From: a virus
Lineage: Duplodnaviria; Caudoviricetes
Length of the DNA: 33,027 nucleotides
Reading direction: 5' to 3' (one strand)
IMG/VR virus record: IMGVR_UViG_3300044538_000008
Location: 1 to 33,027 of that record
The position numbers and the translations under genes were made by a program. The notes beneath the pieces are model-generated. The model was not told where the DNA came from and did not search any database. It saw nothing but the letters and a program-made list of their open reading frames with translations. Positions 25,842 to 32,746 of this stretch are shown here, piece by piece (the stretch's first letter is position 1; every line of letters begins with the position of its first letter).

Positions 25842-26515
25842 GCTCGCCCCCGCAGCCGGTCGCAGGCGGTGCGACGCCAGGTCCAGAACAGTGCGAAGCG
25901 CAGCAGACCGTCGCCGGCGAGCGTAGCGGCGGATGTACCCACAAGCTCCCAATCATTCGGGTCTGGCGGCACTGGAGCCTCCGCATACCCGGACCAATCC
26001 GCCATGCCGGTGGTCGTCTTGTATTCCACCTGCGCCACAGCCTCGGCAGGCGCAGGTGGTTCACGCGAGGCTTCGCCGACGTGCCGGCCCTCTGCGTCTA
26101 GCGTTGGCGTCCAGTCCACTCCGCTCGGTTGCTTGGCGGCGTCGTGCTCCGTTGATGAGCACGGCGGCATTTCGGCCGTCAGGCAGAGCGGGTTGCTGCA
26201 CTTGACAGCTGTAATCTGCACTCTGTACGCAGGGCGACCGCAGCTCGGACATGGCTCGCTTGGCAGCTCGCTCTTGTCATGCACCGACTCGCCCAGCGCG
26301 CGGCGGGCGAAGTCGACGAGCCTATCTGTGTACCGTCCGGGGCCGATTGTCTGCATGCAGTCGCATGCCTCCCGCAGCTCCGCCGCCTCGGCGTCGGTGA
26401 GCCGCATTTCGCGGTACGTCCAAAGCACATGACGGAACCTGTCGCCGTGGGGTCCGATCGTGCCCACGAGAAGCTGACCCTCCATGTCGTCAAGCGTCTG
26501 GCTGTCAAGCCTCAT
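25838..26515 (-). CDS. Hypothetical protein with central zinc ribbon (225 aa)
   Basis: CPSCG...KCSNPLC; ATGA overlap with GGAGG SD. Confidence 0.55.
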   Translation of the reverse strand: MRLDSQTLDDMEGQLLVGTIGPHGDRFRHVLWTYREMRLTDAEAAELREACDCMQTIGPGRYTDRLVDFARRALGESVHDKSELPSEPCPSCGRPAYRVQITAVKCSNPLCLTAEMPPCSSTEHDAAKQPSGVDWTPTLDAEGRHVGEASREPPAPAEAVAQVEYKTTTGMADWSGYAEAPVPPDPNDWELVGTSAATLAGDGLLRFALFWTWRRTACDRLRGRA

Positions 26516-26961
26516 TGCCCCGCCTCCAGCGGTTCACCGAACGCGTCGAACAGTTCGGGCATGCTCGTGATGATGGTCGCCTCGCGGAACATCAGCTCCG
26601 GCTCCGTGTCGTCGAGCGCAACCACGTAGCCGCGCTTGCCTTGGCCCATCGCGTAGCCAAACTCCCAAGACGCGGAGCGGCCGCACGGCAGTACGTAAAC
26701 GATGGCCTCGCACCAACGCACGTGCTCGATGTCGGAGTTGTAGCCTTCGGCCGCGCGCGGATGTTGCAGCATGTCCCGCCAGACTTTCGGATCGACCTTG
26801 TCAACGAAGGCTGTAGGCGCGCCTACCTGCTTCCAGGTAAAGCCGTCGTCACCGGGCTTCGGCTTTCGAAAGTCATAGACCTCGTGTCCGCAGCGCCGCA
26901 GTGCATGCACGATGCCGGGCTGCAGCACGTTCCTCCAAGACGACGCGACGTAGATCTTCAT
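26512..26961 (-). CDS. Nucleoside 2-deoxyribosyltransferase-like protein (149 aa)
   Basis: MKIYVASSWRN...GHEVYDF...D...VRWCEAIVYVLPCGRSASWEFGYAMGQGK: NDT/DUF4406-type flavodoxin-like pattern with the conserved Glu in xExGYA. Confidence 0.7.
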   Translation of the reverse strand: MKIYVASSWRNVLQPGIVHALRRCGHEVYDFRKPKPGDDGFTWKQVGAPTAFVDKVDPKVWRDMLQHPRAAEGYNSDIEHVRWCEAIVYVLPCGRSASWEFGYAMGQGKRGYVVALDDTEPELMFREATIITSMPELFDAFGEPLEAGQ

Positions 26962-26976
26962 TGCCCTGCCTCCAGC
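26512..26976. repeat. 19 bp direct repeat pair (1 mismatch) at gene ends
   Basis: TCATTGCCC(C/T)GCCTCCAGC at 26512-26530 and 26958-26976. Confidence 0.85.
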
Positions 26977-27170
26977 TTTCGGAATCGGTCGATGGCGGCG
27001 CCGATGGGACTGTCGCCCCACAGCAACTTGTCGCACTCGGCCACCACCTCCAGCAGCGCCGCGTGTTCGCGGAGTAGGCCGGCAAGCGCCCGTGCCTCGC
27101 CGGTAAAGAGTGGCCACATTCGCGCGTTCGACGCGAACCGGGCCAGCAGCTCCAGTTGCTCCTTCGTCAC
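26958..27170 (-). CDS. Hypothetical protein (70 aa)
   Basis: GTGA/ATGA coupling on both sides; helical. Confidence 0.55.
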   Translation of the reverse strand: MTKEQLELLARFASNARMWPLFTGEARALAGLLREHAALLEVVAECDKLLWGDSPIGAAIDRFRKLEAGQ

Positions 27171-27475
27171 GGCTCACGCTCCTTGCGCGCCTCGTGCAGC
27201 GACGGGCTCAGCCACAGGCTACGCTGTCCGGACCAACCGGTGTCGCAGCGCAACGATCCGCAGACGGCGCACCATTGCAGGTAGCCGTTGACGCCGCCCA
27301 TCGAGACCGGGTGCCGATCGGCCACCGGATGCCCGCACGCGCGGATTTCGGCAACCGCGCGCCACCGATCGCGGTCCGCTTCGAGCGCGTCGTTCTTCTC
27401 CGACAGCACCACGTTTGCGCTGGCCAGCTTCTCGGCGAGCCGCGACGCGCGCACGACACGGAATGGCTCGCTCAC
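27167..27475 (-). CDS. Hypothetical protein with coiled coil and Cys motif (102 aa)
   Basis: GTG 27475 overlaps the upstream TGA; ACGH...WCAVCGS. Confidence 0.5.
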   Translation of the reverse strand: MSEPFRVVRASRLAEKLASANVVLSEKNDALEADRDRWRAVAEIRACGHPVADRHPVSMGGVNGYLQWCAVCGSLRCDTGWSGQRSLWLSPSLHEARKEREP

Positions 27476-27714
27476 GGCTTCACCGCTGACCGCCCGAGCG
27501 GAATCACCGCCTGCCTCGCCGAAAACAGGTTTTCGTGCTCCTCGAGCACGCCCCTCTTGACCAGGCGGCGCAGCGCGTTTCGCAGCCGCCCTACGCTCTC
27601 CACCTCGAGCCTGCGCGCCAAGTTCTCTGCCGAGAGCGGGCCGCAGACGCCGAGCTCCAACTCGATGCGGGCCCGAGTCTCTTCGGGCGAGCACTCCTGG
27701 CCTCGGATTACCAT
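27472..27714 (-). CDS. Winged-helix DNA-binding-like protein (80 aa)
   Basis: Own GGAG SD and ATG at 27714; GPLSAENLARRLEVESVGRLRNALRRLVKRGVLEE. The ORF track merges it with the methyltransferase because of the frameshift. Confidence 0.55.
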   Translation of the reverse strand: MVIRGQECSPEETRARIELELGVCGPLSAENLARRLEVESVGRLRNALRRLVKRGVLEEHENLFSARQAVIPLGRSAVKP

Positions 27715-28242
27715 GCGCCCAGCTCCAGTCCCCACTGCGCCCAACCGGGCCGGCACTTTCGGGCAAAGAGCTCGCATCGCGGGCTGGGCAGCAGACGCTC
27801 GGCGAGCGCATAGAACTCGTCTGGCTTTTTCACTGTGCCTACCGACCTTGGCCGCAAACCTGGAGCGCACCGATCGGTCTAGGACCTTCACCTTGCCGCG
27901 GGTTGCCAGAAGGCAGGTTTCGTGTGCAGCTCTCACGTAGCGTCCCATCCCAAACCAGGGCTTGCCCGACGCGGTGAGCTTCTCCCAAACGATCTCGGCC
28001 TTCGGGACAAAGCCCCAGGCATTGGCAACGAGCAACGCCTCTTGCTGCATCGCTGCAACGCGCCACAGAAGCAGCATGCAGTCCTCGGCGAGCGGCGGCA
28101 GCGGGTAGGCCATGATGTCCGAGAGAGTCATGCAGGCGTAGTTCTTGACCGCGCCGCGAGTCTTGCCCGGCAGGGCATCGCCGAAGCTCCACGGCGGGTC
28201 CGCGACGATCAGCCGGAATGGTCCCTCGCCTTCGCTGCTCAC
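27708..28242 (-). pseudogene. MT-A70-family N6-adenine methyltransferase with a one-base frameshift at ~27826-27830
   Basis: Frame 0: IVADPPW...Y.CM...WGF...IVWEK...GMGRYVR..HE.CLLATRG...RHSEK. Deleting one A of GAAAAAG restores KPDEFYALAERLLPSPRCELFARKCRPGWAQWGLELGAW* (TAA 27708-27710), the canonical C-terminus; 177 aa in total. Confidence 0.8.
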
Positions 28243-28478
28243 GGGTGACCACCTTCCCAGCGCCGCAACGCCGCCTCGGCCAGGTCGTTCATCCCTCGGA
28301 CGCGGCCAGCCGGACGAGCGCCGCCAACGACTACGAATCCGTCCACGATCGACACGTCGCTCGACAAAAGATGCCGCCGCACCTCCTTGAGCAGTGCGCG
28401 CGCCGTGCCGACCCGGACCACGTAGGTTGCCTTGTGGCGCCCCACGCCAATCAACTGAAAGTCGAATCCGGCGGTCAT
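28239..28478 (-). CDS. Hypothetical protein (79 aa)
   Basis: MTAGFDFQLIGVGRHK...; ATGA overlap with GGAGG SD. Confidence 0.55.
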   Translation of the reverse strand: MTAGFDFQLIGVGRHKATYVVRVGTARALLKEVRRHLLSSDVSIVDGFVVVGGARPAGRVRGMNDLAEAALRRWEGGHP

Positions 28479-28699
28479 TGCGCCGTGACCTCCTGCGCCT
28501 CTCGCCTGTGCCCGGCGTGCAGACCGGAAAGAGCTAGAGCCAGAAGTATGAGGGCGATCGCAGTATGCAGCTTGGTCCAGCCCACTGGGGCGACCGGGGC
28601 CCTGTAGGAAGAGGCCGGAGACTCGCATTGCGGGCACAGACCGAGCTTGCCGTACTGGATGAGGCCGCAGCGGCAGACGCTCGTAGGCTTCGGGGTCAT
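28475..28699 (-). CDS. Small zinc-ribbon plus transmembrane protein (74 aa)
   Basis: VCRCG...LCPQC then hydrophobic AIALILLALALSGL; ATGA overlap. Confidence 0.5.
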   Translation of the reverse strand: MTPKPTSVCRCGLIQYGKLGLCPQCESPASSYRAPVAPVGWTKLHTAIALILLALALSGLHAGHRREAQEVTAQ

Positions 28700-29313
28700 G
28701 GACCAATCTCGGTGAGCGCTTGCTCGTGCGCCGCGTTGAGCTCGAGCATCGCTTCGTGACTGCCGCCCGCGTCGGGGTGCCGGGTGCGCGAGAGCGACCG
28801 AAACGACGCCTCGATGGCGGCCCGCACCGCGAAGCTCGGCCCAGCGAGACCGTCCAGGTTGAGCACCTCGCGCCAGGGTCGGGCCGCCGGCGTCGACGGC
28901 GATCCGCTGCCGAGCTGCGCGAAGCCCGAGAACGCTCGGTCGAGCAGGTGCGTGGCGCCGCTGCGCTCGATCGCGCGCATCGCCTCTAGCACGAGACCGA
29001 CGGCGCGCATGTTGAACCGCACGCGCTCGTAGAGGTCGCACGCGATCACGTACTCCTTGCCGGCGCGCGTGAAGTACACGGCGACGCCGGGGTCAGGCGG
29101 GTCGCCGTCCGCGTAGGGCAGGCCGTCGCGGCGCAGAGGGACGTCGGTCGATATGACGACGCCGATCCCATGGAACCGGCGCATCTCCGCGCGAGCCTCT
29201 TCGTACGCCTGGAAGAACGTGACCTTGTACGGTGAGCCCGGCTTGCGCTTTACCGTCCGGGGCCAGCCGGCGGGCCAGCGGAGAGGGTAGGCGGTGATCT
29301 TGTGCTCGGCCAT
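28696..29313 (-). CDS. Phage J-domain (DnaJ-like) protein (205 aa)
   Basis: AYPLRWPAGWPRT, VISTDVPLRRDGLPY, DPGVAVYF, C-terminal WREVL...RHPDAGGS.EAMLELNAA with an intact HPD motif. Confidence 0.85.
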   Translation of the reverse strand: MAEHKITAYPLRWPAGWPRTVKRKPGSPYKVTFFQAYEEARAEMRRFHGIGVVISTDVPLRRDGLPYADGDPPDPGVAVYFTRAGKEYVIACDLYERVRFNMRAVGLVLEAMRAIERSGATHLLDRAFSGFAQLGSGSPSTPAARPWREVLNLDGLAGPSFAVRAAIEASFRSLSRTRHPDAGGSHEAMLELNAAHEQALTEIGP

Positions 29314-29315
29314 GG

Positions 29316-29525
29316 CTAGCCCCTCCTGCGCGAGGCGAGAGCGCTGGGGCGCTTGCTCCGGCGCGCGATCTGCACAGCCGTGTTGATGGCCTCGCGCAAC
29401 TCACCGTTACCGGCCTGCTTGGCCCAGAGCTCGCCGATGAGCACCACCGCAGAGCACAGAAGCCTATGCTCGAGCTTGAGCGCGCCGAGCTCGTCGGCCA
29501 GCTTCGCGATCTCGTCTTGCGTCAT
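29316..29525 (-). CDS. Hypothetical helical protein (69 aa)
   Basis: Start set to ATG 29525 (MTQDEIAK), 7 nt after a -10 box. Confidence 0.55.
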   Translation of the reverse strand: MTQDEIAKLADELGALKLEHRLLCSAVVLIGELWAKQAGNGELREAINTAVQIARRSKRPSALASRRRG

Positions 29526-29532
29526 GCCCGCA

Positions 29533-29561
29533 ACCCTAGCTACGTCGGATGCCAGTGTCAA
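29533..29561 (-). promoter_or_regulatory. Leaderless sigma70-like promoter
   Basis: TTGACA (29561-29556)-N17-TAGGGT (29538-29533)-N7-ATG, with an AT-rich patch upstream. Confidence 0.65.
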
Positions 29562-29842
29562 CCACCTTTGTAATAAGTGTTGCCTATGGAGCTCGCTGAC
29601 GGTCGCTCACCAACGGATAACTCTATTGCCCCGATGTCGGGCCGCGCGTGTGAACGAAGCACGGAGCCGGGCTCAACGGCTCTGTACTCCTCTTCGAAAA
29701 CGCGAAGCTGGCCACCGGCGCGCTGGACGAGCGCGCGCACGACCCTGAGGACACAGGCGATCTCAGTCTCGAGCGCCAGGATTCGTCTCTCCGCTCGCGC
29801 CAGAGCCAGCTCGACGTTCTCACCGGGTCTGACTTCGATCAT
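29558..29842 (-). CDS. Stand-alone paralogue of the C-terminal domain of the upstream LexA-like protein (94 aa)
   Basis: Ungapped manual alignment 31/67 identical with the upstream protein's C-terminal domain. Confidence 0.7.
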   Translation of the reverse strand: MIEVRPGENVELALARAERRILALETEIACVLRVVRALVQRAGGQLRVFEEEYRAVEPGSVLRSHARPDIGAIELSVGERPSASSIGNTYYKGG

Positions 29843-30302
29843 CGTTGCGATCCTGGGGTAGGCGGAACTCTACGGCTCCGATATCGGGCCGATGGCGCAT
29901 CTCTAGTTGCAGGAGATAGCCCGGAGACTGCGTCTCCGATTTTAGGATTCTGATGGACCCGCCCGCGCGTTGGCAAAGCACGGCGAGCATGAGCTTGTAG
30001 CTCGCCGACTCGTTTTCGAGCGCGAGGACTCGACTCTCCGCTCGCTCCAGGGCGTGCCCAACGTTCTCGCGATGTTCGGCGTTCTCTTCGTGCTCGAGAA
30101 GCCTGATGCCGCGCGCGCGCATCCTGTCGGTCGCGATCGCCCCCTTGCGCTCGAGCGCCTTGAGGACGTCTCCGGCCGCGTTGGTGCTCTTGTAGCCGAC
30201 CGCATCGCAAATCTCCCGCACCGTCGGCGGGTAGCCGTTCTTGTCGACGTGCTCGCGAATCACGTGCAGGACGTGACGCTGAGTGTCGGTGAGCCCTCGC
30301 AT
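29820..30302 (-). CDS. LexA-type winged-helix DNA-binding domain fused to a non-peptidase C-terminal domain (160 aa)
   Basis: LTDTQRHVLHVIREHVDKNGYPPTVREICDAVGYKSTNAAGDVLKALERKGAI...ARGIRL is the LexA N-terminal domain; no S24 peptidase motifs follow. Confidence 0.85.
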   Translation of the reverse strand: MRGLTDTQRHVLHVIREHVDKNGYPPTVREICDAVGYKSTNAAGDVLKALERKGAIATDRMRARGIRLLEHEENAEHRENVGHALERAESRVLALENESASYKLMLAVLCQRAGGSIRILKSETQSPGYLLQLEMRHRPDIGAVEFRLPQDRNDDRSQTR

Positions 30303-30308
30303 GCCCCA

Positions 30309-30338
30309 CCGTTACCACAACCGCTATGGCGCGGTCAA
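30309..30338 (-). promoter_or_regulatory. Possible leaderless promoter of the LexA-like gene
   Basis: TTGACC (30338-30333)-N18-TAACGG (30314-30309, preceded by TGn)-N6-ATG; the -10 box is imperfect. Confidence 0.35.
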
Positions 30339-30412
30339 TGGTTGCGAGCGTCGGACTTGCACCGACTCGCCGCCGGTTATGAGCCGTGGCTCCCCAGCTC
30401 GGGGCGCTCGCA
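30339..30412 (-). tRNA. Atypical/degenerate tRNA-Met(CAU)-like element with encoded CCA
   Basis: TGCGAGC-G-CCCC GAGCT GGGG-AGC-CACGG CTCATAA CCGGC-GGCGA-GTCGG TGCAAGT CCGAC-GCTCGCA-A-CCA: perfect 7 bp acceptor and 5 bp T stems, CAT in a canonical 7 nt loop; D arm and top of the anticodon stem are non-canonical. Confidence 0.7.
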
Positions 30413-30577
30413 TAAGTGCCGGGCTCTCCCGGCTGCCACGACTTCGACTTGAACCCACGATCTTTTCACCGGATAGGCGGCGCGTGGTTTGGGTCGCGCT
30501 TGGGTCGTCGTTCTCCCGGCCGCGAATCCGGTCGCGTGCCACCCCAGGTGTCTGTCCACCATCGTCACTATCGCCAG

Positions 30578-30595
30578 CAAGCTCTGCAGAGCTTG
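30578..30595. repeat. Perfect 18 bp palindrome
   Basis: CAAGCTCTGCAGAGCTTG equals its own reverse complement. Confidence 0.85.
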
Positions 30596-30667
30596 AAGAC
30601 TCTTGCCCGCCCGCGATTGCGCTGCAGCACCACGCGAGAAACGCGACGGTAGCGAGACGGTGCAGGG

Positions 30668-31594
30668 TCATGGCGTGGGCTCGCTGGGCGGGTCGCAAGC
30701 GCCCCAAAGCATGCAGCCGCCGCTAGGTGCCGGCTGCAGCAGCGGATATTGCTTCCCGCCTCGGGTGGTGCGTGACCACGCAACAACGTCGTCAATCGGA
30801 GTGAAGCCCGCGCGACCGGCGTTGCTCTGGAAGAACGAGCCGCCAGCGTGCTTGTATCTGCCCGGCTTCTCCGAGTTCCGCTTTGCACGGATCTGGATCA
30901 CCTCGAATTCAAGCTCGCGGATCAGCGCCACGCGTTCAGGCGCGTGTTCTGCCAACAGGCGCACCTGTTCCTTGTTGGCGAAGATGCACGGCCAACACCC
31001 AACGCGGCCGTGTCCGAGACGGTATAGCGGGTTGACCTGTATGCCGTGTCGGTGGTGGATTGCGAGCACGTCAGCAATTGACCAGTGCAATATCGGTCGC
31101 CAGACCCACCCGCCCCAAGACCGCTCGCCTGAAGGCTCGTCATAGAACGGCACCAACTGGGCGCGCGCTGGCGACTCGTCTGCGCGTACGCCCATCACAC
31201 AACAGGTCTCGACGCTTTCACGCTGCTCGAGCGCGTCGTGATACGCACGTAGCGGCTCGATCTTCAGCTCATGCGTGCACCAGCGCTGCATGCGAGCAGG
31301 GAAGCCAGCGCGATGGCGGATGCGTTCGACCATTCCGCCAGGGACGCCGACAACGTCGATCGTGCCCAGCTTCGCGCGCAGGTAATCCATGTGAGCATAG
31401 GTCTCCGGCGCTTCCCAGCCGGTGTCAGCGAACACCATTCGGAACGGCACGCCGGCCTCGCGCAGAGCTAGCGCGACCGCGGTCGAGTCTTTGCCGCCGC
31501 TAACGCTTACCACGCACGTGAGGTCTCCACGACGAACCATGTCAGGCACGGCAAGCACCGGGCCGGGCTGGGGCAGGTGTTCGTGCGGCGTCAT
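30668..31594 (-). CDS. PAPS-reductase-family (PP-loop) protein (308 aa)
   Basis: VSVSGGKDS, FADTGWE, RWCTHELKIEP, GVRADESPAR, WRPILHWS, NPLY..G.GRVGCWPC; ATG 31594 overlaps the upstream TGA. Confidence 0.9.
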   Translation of the reverse strand: MTPHEHLPQPGPVLAVPDMVRRGDLTCVVSVSGGKDSTAVALALREAGVPFRMVFADTGWEAPETYAHMDYLRAKLGTIDVVGVPGGMVERIRHRAGFPARMQRWCTHELKIEPLRAYHDALEQRESVETCCVMGVRADESPARAQLVPFYDEPSGERSWGGWVWRPILHWSIADVLAIHHRHGIQVNPLYRLGHGRVGCWPCIFANKEQVRLLAEHAPERVALIRELEFEVIQIRAKRNSEKPGRYKHAGGSFFQSNAGRAGFTPIDDVVAWSRTTRGGKQYPLLQPAPSGGCMLWGACDPPSEPTP

Positions 31595-31869
31595 TCGCGG
31601 TCGAGCTCCTTGATCCAGCGCCGCACGTCTTTCGCCGCCGCGTCGAGGGCCTTGGCGAGCGTGGGTCCGCGCCAGCTGTAGTGCCGCGAAGGTCCGAGCA
31701 CGTAGCAATGCAGATCAACTTGGACCTCGTTGCAGTCGCCGTCCTCGACATCGAGATAGCTCGGGAAGTGAACGCTGATCGCGCCCTCGTAGCCCTTGCA
31801 GTGCCCGTTGCGCGCGAGCGCCTTGGCGACTCCGCGGAACACGAGTGCTCGAAACGCGTCGAGTTTCAC
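31591..31869 (-). CDS. Hypothetical protein (92 aa)
   Basis: GGAGG SD, GTG 31869, MKLDAFRALVFRGVAKALARNGHCKGYEG... Confidence 0.6.
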   Translation of the reverse strand: MKLDAFRALVFRGVAKALARNGHCKGYEGAISVHFPSYLDVEDGDCNEVQVDLHCYVLGPSRHYSWRGPTLAKALDAAAKDVRRWIKELDRE

Positions 31870-31991
31870 GCCGCCCTCCAGACGCCGACCACGACCGCGA
31901 CCGGCGCGAGCACGGCCCAGCACAGCAGCGTGAGCGCGACCATCGCGGCGGCGGCGGCGAGGAAGCCGATAAGGTCAGAGGTGCTGTTCAC
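31866..31991 (-). CDS. Small membrane peptide (41 aa), below the ORF-track cutoff
   Basis: MNSTSDLIGFLAAAAAMVALTLLCWAVLAPVAVVVGVWRAA*; exactly fills the gap with GTGA overlaps at both ends and a GAGGT SD. Confidence 0.6.
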   Translation of the reverse strand: MNSTSDLIGFLAAAAAMVALTLLCWAVLAPVAVVVGVWRAA

Positions 31992-32740
31992 GCGCCACCT
32001 CGGTAGAAGAGGGTGAAGCGACGCGCGAGCCAAACGCCTATTATGCCATCAATCTCGAGAACGACCGCCGCCTTCCCACCCAGGCCAGACACGCGCTGCA
32101 CTGTGTAGCAAGCCCCGACCGTCAGACACTTTCTATCGCTTGCATCCACGCACCGCACCACGTCGCCGACCTGGAACGGCCCGGAGTCGGAAGGAGCGCT
32201 CGTCTGCGGCTGCTCCTTGTCGTACTCGGCCCAGCACGCGGCGACGGCGAGCTCGCGCGTGCGCACGGGCGGCACGCTTGGAGTGCTGGCCGCGGTCAGC
32301 CACTCGCCTGTGGACGATCGTGTGGCCGCGTACAAGTACCAGACCCAGAGTCCGTTGGAGGCCTGCGTCACATGCCACCCCGGCGGCGGGACCGATCGGT
32401 CCTGGCCGACGACAACGCGCACCGGCTCGCCCGGCACGAGCGTGTCAGCGGGGATCGCGAAGCCGGCCGCCGTCTGCTCTGCAACGACGCGCCGGCACGA
32501 GTACACGAGGTAGCCGCAGCCCCGGCAGGCGCGATCCTTGATGTAGTCGTGATCCGCCACCGGCCCATCGTCGCCGACGAACCAGGAGCGCGAGCCGTCC
32601 AAGATGATCCACGGCCCGCGGAGCAGGTTCGTGCTCGGCCACGCGGGGCAGAACGGGCATTCTCTGCGCGGGTACCGACTTCCGCACGAGCACAGCACTT
32701 CACCGGAGCTGCCGAGGCGTTGGCTGGTTTTGCGGATCAT
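31988..32740 (-). CDS. Multi-domain hypothetical protein (250 aa)
   Basis: N-terminal Cys clusters (CSC..CPFC, CRGC) and a C-terminal FQVGDVVRCVDA...LTVG..YTV small beta-barrel-like domain. Confidence 0.6.
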   Translation of the reverse strand: MIRKTSQRLGSSGEVLCSCGSRYPRRECPFCPAWPSTNLLRGPWIILDGSRSWFVGDDGPVADHDYIKDRACRGCGYLVYSCRRVVAEQTAAGFAIPADTLVPGEPVRVVVGQDRSVPPPGWHVTQASNGLWVWYLYAATRSSTGEWLTAASTPSVPPVRTRELAVAACWAEYDKEQPQTSAPSDSGPFQVGDVVRCVDASDRKCLTVGACYTVQRVSGLGGKAAVVLEIDGIIGVWLARRFTLFYRGGA

Positions 32741-32746
32741 GGCGCC

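Noticed and set aside
24849-26976. Gene-end repeats as a CRISPR array or integron attC sites
   Set aside because: Three unrelated sequences with two copies each, spaced by whole genes, non-palindromic; no cas or intI gene.
27472-28242. ORF-track 256 aa protein as a genuine single methyltransferase
   Set aside because: The conserved C-terminus lies in the +1 frame and the distal part has its own SD and ATG; treated as frameshifted gene plus separate wHTH gene.
30339-30412. tRNA-like element as a prophage attachment site
   Set aside because: Phage-type genes continue on both sides, there is no integrase in the window and no duplicated 3' fragment.
30446-30458. Second T-loop-like motif GTGGGTTCAAGTC on the minus strand
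   Set aside because: No complementary T stem, acceptor stem or CCA; at most a tRNA remnant.
30324-30707. 127 aa minus-strand ORF (possible ATG at 30671, hydrophobic start)
   Set aside because: Mostly low-complexity Ser/Gly/Arg and runs through the tRNA-like element; a short real peptide cannot be excluded, but it is not supportable.
30668-31594. PAPS-reductase gene as a DndC phosphorothioation system or a sulfur-metabolism AMG (cysH)
   Set aside because: No dndD/dndE, cysteine desulfurase or sulfate-pathway genes in the window; this family is common in phage early regions.
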